Below, in pieces: positions 49,794-62,699 of a stretch of DNA of 64,000 bases. The notes under the pieces were generated by a model that did no database searches, was not told the origin of the DNA, and saw only the letters and a list, made by a program, of their open reading frames with translations. This stretch comes from Cetorhinus maximus (taxonomy: Eukaryota). The stretch lies in NCBI RefSeq assembly GCF_964194155.1, contig NC_135888.1, forward strand, positions 61,504,001-61,568,000, read 5' to 3'. The first letter of the stretch is position 1. Each line of letters starts with the position of its first letter. The position numbers and the translations under genes were made by a program.

Positions 49794-50366
49794 CTACAGG
49801 GGCGTGACATCCAGCACAGGCAACCTGTTTAATATGGGAGACGAGGCCCCGACTGAAATTTCCTCCAAGTAGGCAATGGCTGGGTTGTCGCAAGCAGTTT
49901 TCATCTTCATCTGTGGAGATTTCTCACTGCAACTGGCACCTTCCCGGGTCTCCGACTTGTCCGAACAAACGCAATGGTCCGTGCAGCAGAGGGCAGCGTT
50001 AGTTATCACACGGTCCATTGGCTTCAAGGAGTGCATCCAGACTGGGAGGAAGTCCCACGACTGCAGTTTCTTGGGCAGATAGCTGGGCCTGCGCGTTTGC
50101 AAGACGTTGGTGATGCCTATGAAGACAAGGATACCCACAAAGGGGGCACCCACTCCTATAAGAACCTGCCAACCAGCCATGGAGAGTCCAAAGATGAGCG
50201 AGGGCAGCAGAAGGAAGCAGATGATCAGATATAAAACAGCAAACCAGCGGTACTTGGCAGTTCGTTCTCCCAAGGTCTTTGCCATGCGGATGGGGAAGCG
50301 GGTGATTGGAAACGGGTACCACAGTATAATCCCAGCGATATTGAAAAAGAAATGGGAAAGAGCAAT
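49794..50366 (-). CDS. SLC34A1: Type II Na/Pi cotransporter terminal coding exon
   Basis: tttttgcag|ATT GCT: [18 protein letters not shown]...[12 protein letters not shown]...WMHSLKP...YLEE...DVTPL*. SAFQ, RTAKY, LLLPSL, MHSLKP and the absence of the long IIb Cys cluster favour IIa over IIb. IIc is not fully excluded. Confidence 0.9.
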   Translation of the reverse strand: MALSHFFFNIAGIILWYPFPITRFPIRMAKTLGERTAKYRWFAVLYLIICFLLLPSLIFGLSMAGWQVLIGVGAPFVGILVFIGITNVLQTRRPSYLPKKLQSWDFLPVWMHSLKPMDRVITNAALCCTDHCVCSDKSETREGASCSEKSPQMKMKTACDNPAIAYLEEISVGASSPILNRLPVLDVTPL

Positions 50367-51419
50367 CTGCAAAAAGAAAGAGTTTGAATGTAAATAGGTG
50401 CTCCTCATTACTTAGGCAAAGCCACCTTGAACTGATCCAAGAACAACACTGTGCAAGATCCTTTTCAAGATGAAGAAAGACTGCAAATGCTGGAAATATA
50501 AGAGGCCAATTAACATCCAGAAAGAGCAATGACATGTTAGTGTTTCTGGTGTAGAAAGATAGGGAATGCTAGATGGGAATGACCACAGTCTGTTTAGTTT
50601 GCCTTCTAGGACTTTGGATGCAATGACAGTGAAGAATAATTCTCTATCAATCAGTCTAGAATAGACATGGGGTCTAATTTTGTCTCAATTAAAGGCTTGA
50701 GGCAAAAGTGCTACTGACTGGGCTACAGCTACCTCTGTGTGGCTTGCTGCCTCAGTTGCATAGTTTCATGTGAACAGGCCTGAAGGCAATAATAGAGAGG
50801 GTTCCTGAGCAAATCACCTCGATAGCAAATCACTTGTCTCCATCGGTCATGCATTTTTCAATGACACCATGTTTCCTTTCACTGGACCAATCGGCTTGCT
50901 TAGCTTGTTCAACTGCATGATTCTTTACATCAAATGATCCTTTATTATTGGTCAGTTTGAAGATGCAAGGAAACGTCTGCAAAGTCAGTGATTGCCTGAA
51001 GGTCTCACATTCAGCCCTCAGTCTGCTCTGCACTAATTGCCTCAGCCAATGAAAAAGAAGGGAACTACAATTGGTCTCAGCGCTCTTTATCTAAGGAGAC
51101 TTAAAGTTAACTGAGCTTTCTGCTTTCCACTACCATCTATTGCCTTCTGCTGGGAAGTGTGCATTAGAACATGGTGTGATGGACCTCCATGGCTGAATAC
51201 TGGCTGAAGCACATTGGACAGACAGGTGAGCATGTGAAAGATGAGCACTTGGATTTGGTGTCAAAGGGCTGCCACTGTTCTATACAGCCATGGCCCAGCC
51301 TAGGTCAGCACCTCCATGAATGAAGCAAGTTAGGGAACATAGTCTTGGAAGCATTTCCACATTTGTATTCATCATCAATTACAAACAGCTATAACTTATT
51401 GACAAAGGTTTGGTCTTAC

Positions 51420-51544
51420 CTGGAATGCACTTGGTAGCATGTCACCTGGACTGGCCAAAGCTGCCAAGACTGCAGTGGTGGTGGTGCCAATATTGGATCC
51501 CAAGGTCAAAGGGTAGGCACGTTCAATACTGATCACCCCAATAC
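51420..51544 (-). CDS. SLC34A1: Type II Na/Pi cotransporter exon (exon 12 equivalent)
   Basis: gtctag|GT ATT: [42 protein letters not shown]|gtaaga; 125 nt. Confidence 0.95.
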
Positions 51545-52728
51545 CTAGACAACAGGAAAGAGCACCATAGGCCCAATTCAACACAATCCAACTGATCAAA
51601 CAGTACATACAGCAACCATTAACTTATCAAGTATTAAAATATCCAAGCTAAGAAGCCTTGGTGGTCAATAATTTAAGGTTTGAAGTCAGGGTTTGCCACT
51701 GGAGTTATACCGATTGTGCAGTGAAATTCTAATAGGACAGGTAGAAGGTTTCCTTTGGGAGCCATTCTGACAACAGGCTGACTTACATTCAGTACCTCCG
51801 GAATTCTCTGCTGGAAGTAATAGGGGAATGTTGCGTAATTGGTGTCACTGATGTCCTCACTGTGTACAAGGAAATTCTGTGTCTTCCTGGAGTCCAGGAG
51901 TGTTGGGAAGGGAGTTAAATTTTAAAGGTCTGCAAAGGTGTGGAATCAATCATTCTCAGAAAGATCAAACCATCTCTCAAACCTGTAAATTTAAAAATGG
52001 CACAGCCTTTCCATGACCCATGAAAATCAGAATGCTGTGGTAAGGGGCTGGGGGCAGGGGTGGGGGGGAGGATGAGGGGCAGGAGGGGTGGAGGGGGTTG
52101 CCGTTGTTGGGACCATGGGGGACTGCCTTTCCTGCCTGTGGCTCCCTCTTTGGGCTCTGATGGCCCCGCAGGCTGCTGGAAGGAAGCTGCCTCCATGAAG
52201 CTGCCGTTCTCCCCATGTGGCAGGATGCCAGAAGCTTTGCAAAATGGCCCTTAATAAGGCCTTTAAATATCAGGCAGTTGATCCGCCTCACAGCCCACCA
52301 CTGGGAAACATCCCCCAGCCGACGTAACCCCCGATTATTTCACTGGCCATCCCTGCCTTAAGCCCACCAATTGGAGATGGTAAAATTCTGTCCAAAATAT
52401 TATTTCCTTTGTTTATTCATGGGACGTGTGCCTCAGCGGCAAGCCAACATTTGTTGCCAACCCTTAATTGCCCTTAGACTGACTAGCACTGGGCCATTTC
52501 AGAGGGCAGTTAGGAGCCAACCACCTTACTGTGGGTCTGAAGTCACATGTAGGCCAGACCAGGTAAGGACAGCAGATTCCCTTCCCTAAAGGATATTAGT
52601 GAACCAGATGGGTTTTTACAACAATCAATGATAGTCCCATGGTCACTATTTACTGAGACAGCTTTCAATTCCAGATTTATTAATTGTATTTAAATTCCAC
52701 CAGCTGCCCTGGTGGGATTTGAACACAT

Positions 52729-53490
52729 GGCCTGAATTTTTTGGATGGTAGGGTCTTCCTCCCCACCATCCGAAGAGTCGGCGGGGAGCACCTCCCCGCC
52801 GACTCTGAGTGCCCCACAGCTATTTCACGCTCAAAGAAGCGTCAACTGGCTGCAGGCGGGATATCCGCCCCTCACTCAGGAGGAAGTCCCACCTTAGAAA
52901 GCTGTCAGCCAATCTGATTGGCCAGCAGCTCTCTAGACCCTGCAGGGACAGAAGCTGCAGTGGACCGAAGGGGAGCTTTAGGGAGATGCCTGAGCCTAAG
53001 CCCCGGGACCGGAGGACAAGGTAAGTTTAAGGGGTCCCAGGGTAGGGAAGGCCTCAAGGGGGCAAATAGGACGATCGGGGTGTCGGGGGGAGAGGCTGGC
53101 GGGGGTGGGGTGAGGTGTTGGGGGGAGGTCGGACCAGCAGCCACTGGACTTTAAAGGGGGGAGGGGGGTTGGTGGTGGTGGTGCCTGCAGTCAAAAGGGA
53201 GATTCTGATGGAGGTATCCCCACCATCCCCCTTCCCTGCCTGAGTAAATCCCCCCCCGCCAGCCTAAAAATTGAGGCTGGGTGGGAAACAGCCATTAAGT
53301 AACCAATAACTGACCACTTAAGGGCCTCAAGTGGAGCAAGGGCAGGCTTCCCGCCCGAGGCCTTGCCCGCTCCAGCATAAAATCGCTGCACGGACGAGAT
53401 GGGCGGGAACCCGGAGCGAATCCCATTCTTTCAATTTCACGCACCCCCCTGCCTAAAAACCCACTGGCAGGGGAGCGTGAAATTCAGGCC
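52729..53490. mobile_element. PIF/Harbinger-like MITE inside a tRNA SINE in an SLC34A1 intron
   Basis: Perfect TIR GGCCTGAATTT / AAATTCAGGCC, TSD CAT; the SINE resumes after it. Confidence 0.85.
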
Positions 53491-54180
53491 CATGTTCCCA
53501 GAGCCTTGCCCTCGGCCTCAGGATTACTAACTCAGTGACATTACCACTATGCCACCATCACCACAATTCTGTTACAATAAATAAACCTGCTACAATTTTA
53601 ACGAGATTAGGAGGAACCGAGAGACTTGGATTCATATGCAAATTTTTGAAGATGGCAGGGTGAGTTGATAAGATTGTGAAATCAGCATTCTGCACTTCAC
53701 AAATTGAGGCATGGGCCAAAATCTTCCGGATTTATAAAAATCACAAGCTTTGTATCTATTTCCGGGTCCCAACCCTGTCCGTGTCAGCGGTGCACTCGTG
53801 TGCATGATTTTATGGGAGGCGGCTAATTAACAGGGTGCTTTTGAGTTTACCATCCAATTTGGGCCAACAGGCGACCCAGAACCAGGGAGGCCAATCAGCT
53901 GAAAGAGCCGGCTGGCATTATGATCTGGCATGCATTGCCTGAAAGGGTGGAGGAGGTAAATTCAATAGTAACTTTCAAAAGAGAATTTGATATATGCTTG
54001 AAAAGGAAAGAATTGTAGGACCATGGGGAGTGTGACTAGCTCTAACAAAGCTTTATCAAAGAGCTGGCGCAGACAAAGTAGGCCCAATGGCCTCACTCCA
54101 TGAATTCATTCCATGATTCTTCCTCCAGTTTATGGATTGGCCACCAGGATGGCATGTTTTCTAGTTGTTGGTGAACTTAC

Positions 54181-54297
54181 CAATGAGGGGCGTGATGGCC
54201 GAAGTAAACACTGAGCTGCTTTGGACAACAAATGTAATGCCAGCTCCCACAACCATGGCAAGGTATCCTGCCAACCAACCAAATGGATATGGAAAAT
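54181..54297 (-). CDS. SLC34A1: Type II Na/Pi cotransporter exon (exon 11 equivalent, second QSSS repeat)
   Basis: gatttcag|AT TTT: (D)[39 protein letters not shown]|gtaagt; 117 nt. Not in the supplied ORF track on this strand. Confidence 0.95.
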
Positions 54298-55389
54298 CTG
54301 AAATCAAACAGAGAACATGCATTGAAATAGGTTCTATCTGCTATCCTTCAGAACATTAACTCTTTCCTGAGTTACTGCAACTTATTGCATGGCCTTTCAA
54401 GACTTGATAGACTCCTCAAACAGTAATGAGTCTCAATAACTATTTGATGGCCATTGACAATAACTGGAAATTCCTTTATAACCAGCTATCCTCAGTTGCA
54501 AATTAGCAATGTAGGATTTGTTTCTTCTTAATATGTTTTTATAACTAGTCCTCAGGTAAGGTGATTGTCCTCCACAATAGAATGTTTCTTTCAACATTCT
54601 TTGGGGTGTGGGTGTCACCAGCAAGACTGGCATTTATTGAGCATCCCTAGTTGCCCTTGAAGGTGGTGGTGGCCTACTTCTTGAACCGCTGCACACACTG
54701 TGGTCTTATGCATCACACACTCTGTCAGGTATGGAGTTCCAGTGTATTGACCCAGTGACAATGTTAGGTCGGGACTTGTTGTGACACATTTTCAGGCTAT
54801 TTTGCACATTAATGCTCAGTTACTACTAATTTTGACACCAAGAACTTCCAGCTTCTGCTACGGTGAGAACCTGTATTCCTTGTTGTCCTACACATATGAC
54901 CTTGTTAACTATCAAGAGTTGGGTAGGGGAATTGGGGGGTTGGGGTACATGGGCTGAATTGCTCTGGTCATTATATAGAGTGATAGTCTGTTCTTTTGTA
55001 TACAATTACAGTCACTTTATATGTAATGACTGCAGCAACTCTTGTTCCCATGTGTGCTCTTTGTCCCTAATGACTGAAGTTCAGCTTCTGCCTGTACCCT
55101 TGATATGATGAGACCCTTTGCTGAACTCCTGCATTGACGTGGATATTGATATCTTCCCAGATTTGATTTCTGTCAGGCAGCTTACAAGATTGATGCAAAT
55201 GGCCGCCCTATCCATTAGGCAATGCAACTTCCCACTCGCTATTAACTAGCAATGTTAATTCTTGGTGGGAGGCAAGCACACCAGACATATAAAAAAACAT
55301 TCTGCAGCCAATATCAGAAAGAGCGGTAGGATGGTTGGCTTTTACTGCTGTAACATTCCTACTGCTCTGGCAATGAGGATTGACACCTG

Positions 55390-56013
55390 GGGCAGGACTT
55401 TACGTCCCGTGGGAGGGGGTGCGCCTGACCCGATTGGGCGTAAAATAGTGCGCGATATTTCGGTCAGCGGGCATTCGCGAGAGTCGGCAGTGTGTCCGCT
55501 GACAATTAAGAAAGCTATTAATCCCATTAATTAATTAATCAGTATTTTTTGCTGCCCGTCCAACCTCACGGTTGGCGAGCGGGCGGATCGGCCAAGCGGC
55601 CTTTGGAATTTTTAGGAAACCTTATCCACGGGCGGGATGAGATTTCGAACAGTGATTTTAAAAAAATAAAACTTTTAAACATCATTTTTAATACGCCCCT
55701 GTTCATGTGACCTGTTTCTCTCATATTTAAAATCTTTAGTTTTGAATTTACAATTCTTCAGCTCCCTGACGAAGCTCTGTGCCCTCAGGAGCTTTCGGTG
55801 CGCGCTCCCCCACACATGCACAAACTTTACCTCTCGGCCTCCTCCTGCTCCCGCACCCCAGTAATGCTGAGCTCCTCAGCGCACGTTTCGTGTTGGCTGG
55901 CTGCTAATTGGCCATCCAGCGTGAAATTGCGGTGGGAGGGGTGCTGATGGCAGGCGGCGGGCCGCTCCCTGGCACGCCCACCATGCACGTCCAATGAACA
56001 GAAAATCCTGGCC
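55390..56013. mobile_element. PIF/Harbinger-like MITE in an SLC34A1 intron
   Basis: GGGCAGGACTTT / AAAATCCTGGCC, TSD CTG/TTG; close relative of 9074-9741. Confidence 0.82.
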
Positions 56014-56182
56014 TTGAGTATTACTTAAATTGGCCGAGATCCCTGGTTTCAGAGCCTGACCTGTGAGGCTTCTTATGGGCATTTTTGGAACGGTCAACAG
56101 TTCATGATGAAAATGTGCATGTTCCGTTTAAGATGCTAAACTGTGATACTCTGAGCTCAGTTTCAATAAGACAAAGAGTAAG

Positions 56183-56385
56183 GTATCACAGATGTTGGAA
56201 ATCTGAACTAAAAGCAGAAGCTGCTGGAAGAGCTGATGAGGTCAGTCAGAATCTGTGGTGAGGGTATGGTAGAGTTAATATTTCAGGACTATAACCCATT
56301 GGATGAAGATTCAGCGATCTAAAAGGTCAACTCTATTTTCAATATGGTGCCTGATCTGCTGAGCGTTTCCTGTTTTTATTTCACT
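56183..56385. mobile_element. Old Penelope-like inverted terminal fragment
   Basis: CAGATGTTGGAAATCTGAA...TGCTGGAA mirrored by CCTGATCTGCTGAGCGTTTCC; decayed hammerhead GGATGAAGATT...AAAAGGTCAACT. Confidence 0.55.
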
Positions 56386-56796
56386 TTAAATTTGGCTTGT
56401 TAAACTTCTTCTTAGAAGAAATGGCAACACTTAAGTATTTGTGTTAACTGTTTGCCTGGTACAGGCAAGTCTCCGAGAGAAACAATGGGGAATACAGCTC
56501 TTTATGTTGTGATATGGTGATATGTACCTTTAAGGGGACATATCAAACTGCTGTCAATCACTACTACTACTGACACAGAATGTGATGTAGTAGTCCCATG
56601 ACTGGTAAACAGTCTGCAAGCAGTAGCAGTGGAGATTAGCTGTACCATACTTAGCCTCCCAGTTAACTCTATCTATATGTAGTCTTATCTTCAAATAAAA
56701 AACCCACATTATTGTTTCACCAATCTTTGTGCATGATTGGCATGTTTACGAGGAAGAGAAGAAGAACATAGCACTTCATTGTAGTCAGCAACTCAC

Positions 56797-56964
56797 CAGT
56801 ATTAATGACTCTTTTGATGGCTTTCGCAACCTGCCCTCTCAGCATTGCATTCAGCAGCTTGACAATTAGTACCAGGCAAGTGCAGAGAACCACTAGGGAG
56901 CCAGCCAGCAGGATCAGGCCCACCACTAGATCGGACATGGTGGAGTTCACAAACAAATGGTTAC
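56797..56964 (-). CDS. SLC34A1: Type II Na/Pi cotransporter exon (exon 10 equivalent)
   Basis: tttccag|GT AAC: (C)[56 protein letters not shown]|gtgagt; 168 nt. Confidence 0.93.
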
Positions 56965-59401
56965 CTGGAAACAAGGCATAAACATTGCAGAATCAAGCAA
57001 TCATTCCCGATTATGGCAAGTGGTTCCTGCACTGACTAAAGATGGACGGCTCACTGAGCAACATCATCCCCAAGCTCTTGTCAATCCAATGGCCCATTTC
57101 CCATTCTGTGACTACAACTGCTGAAACACACAGGGAGTTCCACCATTGTCTAATTAAAGATCAGTTCACACACATAAACATACACAGAAGAGCAGTTCAG
57201 GAGTGGGTCTGGGAACCTTACAGTTTGATGAAGAGGGGAGGCCAATTCACTCAACTCTGAGTCAGTGCCATGTGTCAGCATGCTTAAGTCAGTCAGAGTG
57301 TTATTTCTGTATCTTGGCACACAGCATGTCGAAACAATGAGATTTTAATGAATTTAGTAGGTTGCAGTAGGAGATAATAGTCCCAGCAAGAGATTGCCAT
57401 GTTTATGAAGAAGTGATTCTCCAATTCTGTTGGTGACCTAGAGATTGGATTGGCTACACTTTTGAGTTCTGTTGGGTAATGAGACCACCCACATCATCAG
57501 TCAATGGCATACCACACAGATAGGAGTATAGGATCACACTGTTCCATCATTCATATAATTACATAGAATTTTACAGCACAGAAACAGACCCTTCAGCTCG
57601 ACTGACCCATTATGGCGTTTATGCTCCACACAAGCCTCCTTCAACCTTACTTCATCTCATCTGCTCAACATATCATATTACTCCTTTCTCCCACATGGAC
57701 TTATCCAACTTTCCTTTAAATGGATTGATGTTCAATTCAATTTGGTCTGTACCTCGGCTGCATCGATTCACCTTTGACAAATGCATCTTAAGAAGTCACT
57801 ACGAAAACTTGCATTGCAATCATTCCATCATACACTGCATTGGTGACATCTTTAACGTAAATGGTCATTTAAATAGGAAAGTGGGGTTTCCGAAAATGAA
57901 GTGGGATTTACTACTTTTTTTAACTGCAGCAAAATGTTCCCCTCTTCCTTGCTAACCTGGCGTTCTATGACAGACATGTTCCAGCATCCCTACTCTTCTA
58001 CTGAAGGCAGAAGCTGAGATGATTTCATTAACCATTCCTCTGTAATTCACCCTTCTGGGCATTCTTCATGTTTGAACTGTGAGTTTTCAGTAATGGGGAA
58101 CAGGTTGGAGGTCCGACAAAACAGGAATTTTGCTGAGGCCTATCTAATCCTTGCCTCACAATCCTCATATCCCATTCTCATGAAGCTGGCATTGAACCTC
58201 AATAGGGGCAGTAACTCTGGCTTTTCCTCACTGATTTCAGCACCTCAACTGCCAACTAGGCAAAATTAACTCTGCAGACCTGAGATCTGGATATTGCCTC
58301 TCCTTCTCTGTGAAATTCTCCCAGCGAACCATCGGAGGGCACCTGGAGGATGAATTTCACACAGTGTATGACAAAGATGTCCCTAAGTCTCAAAGTCTCT
58401 CATTGTTCTGTTCCAGACTCTGCTGTGAAGTCAGCAGAATCGCTGCAAGTATTAATAGTTTAGACATGTACGTTTGTGTGTTTGCATGTGTGTGCCTGAG
58501 GTTGGCCACTGACGCAGAACATGCCCCACTGGCCCGCCAAAACCCACATTTGCGTACACGCAAAAATGGCGACAAACTTAAGGTCTGTCGATATTAAAAT
58601 GAGCACAGCACAGAGCATAGCTGCAATTGCATTAATCACTCTATTGATTAAGTTTAAGTAATAATTACCAATAATAACTGTACTAATAACTAATGTATGC
58701 TATAAAATAACCAATACATATAGAATAATACCAACCTAGAATTGATTTTGAATGACTGCCATTGGTATTAGCCAATGAAGACAACATTATGCATTGAGAG
58801 TGGTGTCAATAGGGGTAGAGTTCAAGTCCAATGGAACTTATTTTTGCGGGCACAATTGCCAAACTGGAAATGATCATGATTGACATTTATCCATGAGGTT
58901 GGTAGGGTAACTGTTTGGAACAGCCCAGCCTCTAATTGGTTGATTTTGATGTCATTCATTTTGGAACCACCTCCAGATTCGTCAGCAAGTGCCCGCGAAT
59001 GGACGGACCTTCCCTGAGGCTGGGTCAAAGTGCTGCGAACTGCATGAGCTTCAAAATACCGGACTTATGGACGTCCAGTGCTGAAATGTGCTGAAATCTT
59101 GTCAGGTCATCCTAGTATGCCTGCATGTGCATGTATGTGTGTTTAAATGCATGTATTTTTGTGTGATCTTATGTATGGGAATGTATATGTCTTCATGTAT
59201 GTATGTGTTAATGTGCACATGTTGAGAACTAGATTAAACCATATTGTGACATGGCAAGGCACTAGACAGAAGTAAATACAACTCTTGATTATTTCTTAAC
59301 AACTTGATCACAAAATTACTGCCTGTTCCTTTCAAGAAAAGTATACATTTTCACAAATATGTCAACCAGCAGCAAATTCTGAAAACTATTTTCACACTTA
59401 C

Positions 59402-59522
59402 ATTTCTCAAAGTTTTCTTCATATGTCCTGTTGACTAAAGTCCAGGTGTGATTCTTGTCTTGCCAGCATGATTCAGGTGATGTGCACTTCTCCATACTGT
59501 CCACGGTGATGTTGTCCTGTAG
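59402..59522 (-). CDS. SLC34A1: Type II Na/Pi cotransporter, extracellular-loop exon (exon 9 equivalent)
   Basis: cttccag|CTA CAG GAC: LQDNITVDSMEKCTSPESCWQDKNHTWTLVNRTYEENFEK; ends T|gtaagt; 121 nt. An alternative in-frame AG gives a start at 59516. Confidence 0.85.
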
Positions 59523-59957
59523 CTGGAAGCAAGAGTTAGTTAACAGCACATACCAAAAATCTGCAAAAGGCTACAGTAACAGCCAGGTGGTTTAATCTTC
59601 CTTGCAAGTTCAATATGGAAACTCATTCAGCTGATCCATCCAGAATGAACATCTACAGCATCTAGCTGCCATTTTGAATGATTGCAAAGTTTTTGCCACT
59701 CCCCAGGAGTCTATTTTATGCATTGGTCCTTCTTTTTTGCGAAGCCAAACTTCTTAACTTCAGTTCTAAATTTTCACTGCATTAGTTTATGTTATCTCTT
59801 GTCCAATGTAGTTTTATGAGCTGAAAGTCTGGTCTCCACTTGCCACAACTGCCTGTAGTGGGGCTTGAAACACTATAACTTTTAACTCAGGGGCAGGCAT
59901 GCCACCACCATGGTCAAAGGCCCATTCCATCTCACATGGGTGAAAAGGTAAAGATAT

Positions 59958-61088
59958 GGACTGTAACTTCCAAGCTGCAGGGCAGTGTATCAGTGCGGGG
60001 TACCCTAAAGATGCGCTGAGGAAACCCCACCCTGGAGGTTCCCAGGTAAGGATTGCACGGCAATTGCCTGGGAAGTGCAAACATGCAATGGGCAATTGCC
60101 CTGAACTAGGAACCATCTGAAAATGTGATTTAAATCACAAACTTTGAATGGCTCTGACTGTCTTACATCAATCGTTACCCAGAAAAAGTTAGAAAAATTA
60201 AAACCACTTCTAACCTCTGGGTAACTATTGTACAGACCCACACTGACCCCCCCACAGGACTCACACAACATTCCTGAACCCCCAGTAGACATTCCCTACC
60301 CCCCTCCCCACCATGGGACTGCCCACCCTCCCCATGTACCCCACCCCACCATGGGCCTCTTCCCCCCCCATTGAACTCCTGACCTCCAACGGGACTCCCC
60401 CTAACCCCCGACAATCCTCCCCCCCAACAACATAGGACTCCCGAATGCCACGGGACGGTTTCTTCACCCCGCAGGAAATCCCCTATGCCCCCAAACCCCC
60501 CCATCACGGGACTGCCTCCCCCACTCCATGGGACTCCCCTTTGCCCCCAAGGAACTTCCCCCAACCCTCAACTACCCTTCCCAGACCTGGCCCGACCTGA
60601 CTCCCTACCCGCCGACTGTGCAAACGCCCCCTGCCATCTGCACGAACCCGCCCGACTGACGGACAACAATCCCCTTCCCCGACTGGCTGACACCCCTCCC
60701 AGACTGGCTGAACCCCATCCCTGACTGACTGACATCCCCCCTCCCCGACTGACCGATGATGGAAGCAAGAGTTAGTCCCTGACTGTACAAACTTCCTACC
60801 CCCCCAAAACTGGTCAAACCATCCCTTTCACCAGGCCTCACCAACCCCCAACTGGCTGGACACCCCCTACCGGGCCCACCCCCTCCTCGGACTGGATAGA
60901 AGCCCAAACCCACTGACCCCACCTTGACCGGCCAGACCCCATGAACACCCCCCGCCCCACCACCAACTGGCCAGACATCGCCCCCCATGTCCCCAACTGG
61001 CCGGAGATCCCAACCCCTAAACTTTTATGGTAAGGAAGTATGAGTGGAGTGGCAATCTGACTCTGATTGCCACTCCACAGAAATTCAG
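59958..61088. mobile_element. GC-skewed DNA element with C-rich core (family of 7885-8924)
   Basis: GGACTGTAACTT start; inverted homology to 8660-8920; 14-bp-arm palindrome at 61044-61078. Confidence 0.65.
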
Positions 61089-61297
61089 GTACATAAAATA
61101 CAATTATTTATCTCATTGTTGTTTATGGGACCTAGTTGTGCACAAACGAGTGGTTATATTCGCCTGTGACTTTGTTGCAGCCTGACCAAAATGCCAAGGG
61201 TCATCTTGTGCCATGTAGCATGTTCCAAGCTGCACACCATGCCATACCTGTACTTAATCTTGCTGCCAGGCTGTTTGACCACAGTTGAACACCACAT

Positions 61298-61541
61298 TGT
61301 GTTGTTACACTGATATAATGGCACCAATCACTCATAAGGGATTGGGTAAACACAACATGGGTTCATTTATTTAGGCTAGGCACATGAGAACAGACATACA
61401 TGGATAGAAGGCTTGATGACATCAGCAGCAGAGCGGTGTGTGCTGTGTTCTGCTCATGGGCCAAAGTGAAATTGAGACTGGATTACATGACACACTTCCC
61501 TTCTACCGATGGCATGCTGCTATCCCTTAAAAGCATATTAC
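61298..61541 (-). mobile_element. Solo LTR (family of 12124-13032)
   Basis: Reverse complement starts TGTAATATGCTTTTAAGGG and matches both flanks of the 12260 MITE. Confidence 0.65.
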
Positions 61542-62699
61542 AGCACTGTTCGCTTAAATTATAACAGTAACAACACTTCTAAAGCACTTTCTTGGCTGTG
61601 AATTACTTTGAGATATTCTGGGAGCTACATAATTGCAAATTATTTCTTCCTGCTCTAGAGACTGAAATGCCAGTGTTGTGAACAGCATGGAAAACATGCC
61701 TTGAATGTAATCCCAGAAAATGAGAACCAATTGGAAACAATACACTATATGGAATAAAATTACCCCTGAGATGTTGGTATGGTTATCGCCTGCCTAATTG
61801 CTCAACTTAGTACATTATTCAATGTATAAAATATATTAATTATATTATATGAAATCGATATTACTTCATCAGGTGAGTAGTTTTAACTCATCTAATGCAG
61901 GGCAGGAAAATGACAGTCTCCCTGGGTTGAATGTTCTGTAAATTTTCAGCTCAATGAGGTGAAATAAACACAAATGGCTTTGTCTGAATGTCCGTTATAG
62001 TTTTATCATGATAACAATGATTTAAATATACAAAGATAAAAAAACAGAGCAGCTTTGAATAAAATAAAATGCATTTTAATTATGTTCCCTGTTATTGTTC
62101 CCTTGATTCTTTGCCACTCTGACTGCCCTTTTTATTTTATTAGCTTTTTGCTATTTAATCCATTCTCATCAGTTTTTATCTTATAGAATCAGATAATTGT
62201 CTGTGTTGGTCATCAAAGAATTATCCAATCTAATCCCACTTTCCAGCCCTTGTCCATAGTCTTATAGGTTAACAGCTCTTCAAGTACAAATCCAAGCTTT
62301 TTTATTTTTCTAAAACCCAACATCAATGGCATTTGTCTTTCATTTGTTTATTTTTTTCTTCTCCTTTCTTTATCTTTCACTTTTTCCTTCCTTTTCTGAC
62401 TGTCTCTCATTTTCTTTCTCTTCCCTGATTCCCACTTTCCTGTTTTCTGATTGAGGCATCATGTTCGAAGGAAGGGAAAGGTCATTTCAAATGGTTAACG
62501 CCAAACTGCTCTACAAGACATTCTTTTAGCCAATAAATATCTGTGGGAATGAGGATTGATGTGGAGGCAAATCACGTGACAACAAGTCACAGGTGGGATT
62601 AGATCATCATCTGAAATTGTTTTTAGTGATAAAACAAGAAATGGATGAATAAGTTAGAGGCCAACAAAAGAGAAACTGCCCAGAGAATTGAGCTCACCT

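Noticed and set aside
49876-50535. ORFs overlapping the last SLC34A1 exon (plus strand and alternative frame)
   Set aside because: Expected shadow frames of a real coding exon; no independent evidence, although SLC34 antisense transcripts are known in other species.
56955-56975. CAG|GTAACC acceptor as a recursive splice site
   Set aside because: The GT is dictated by a split Cys codon, the donor match is weak and the intron is short.
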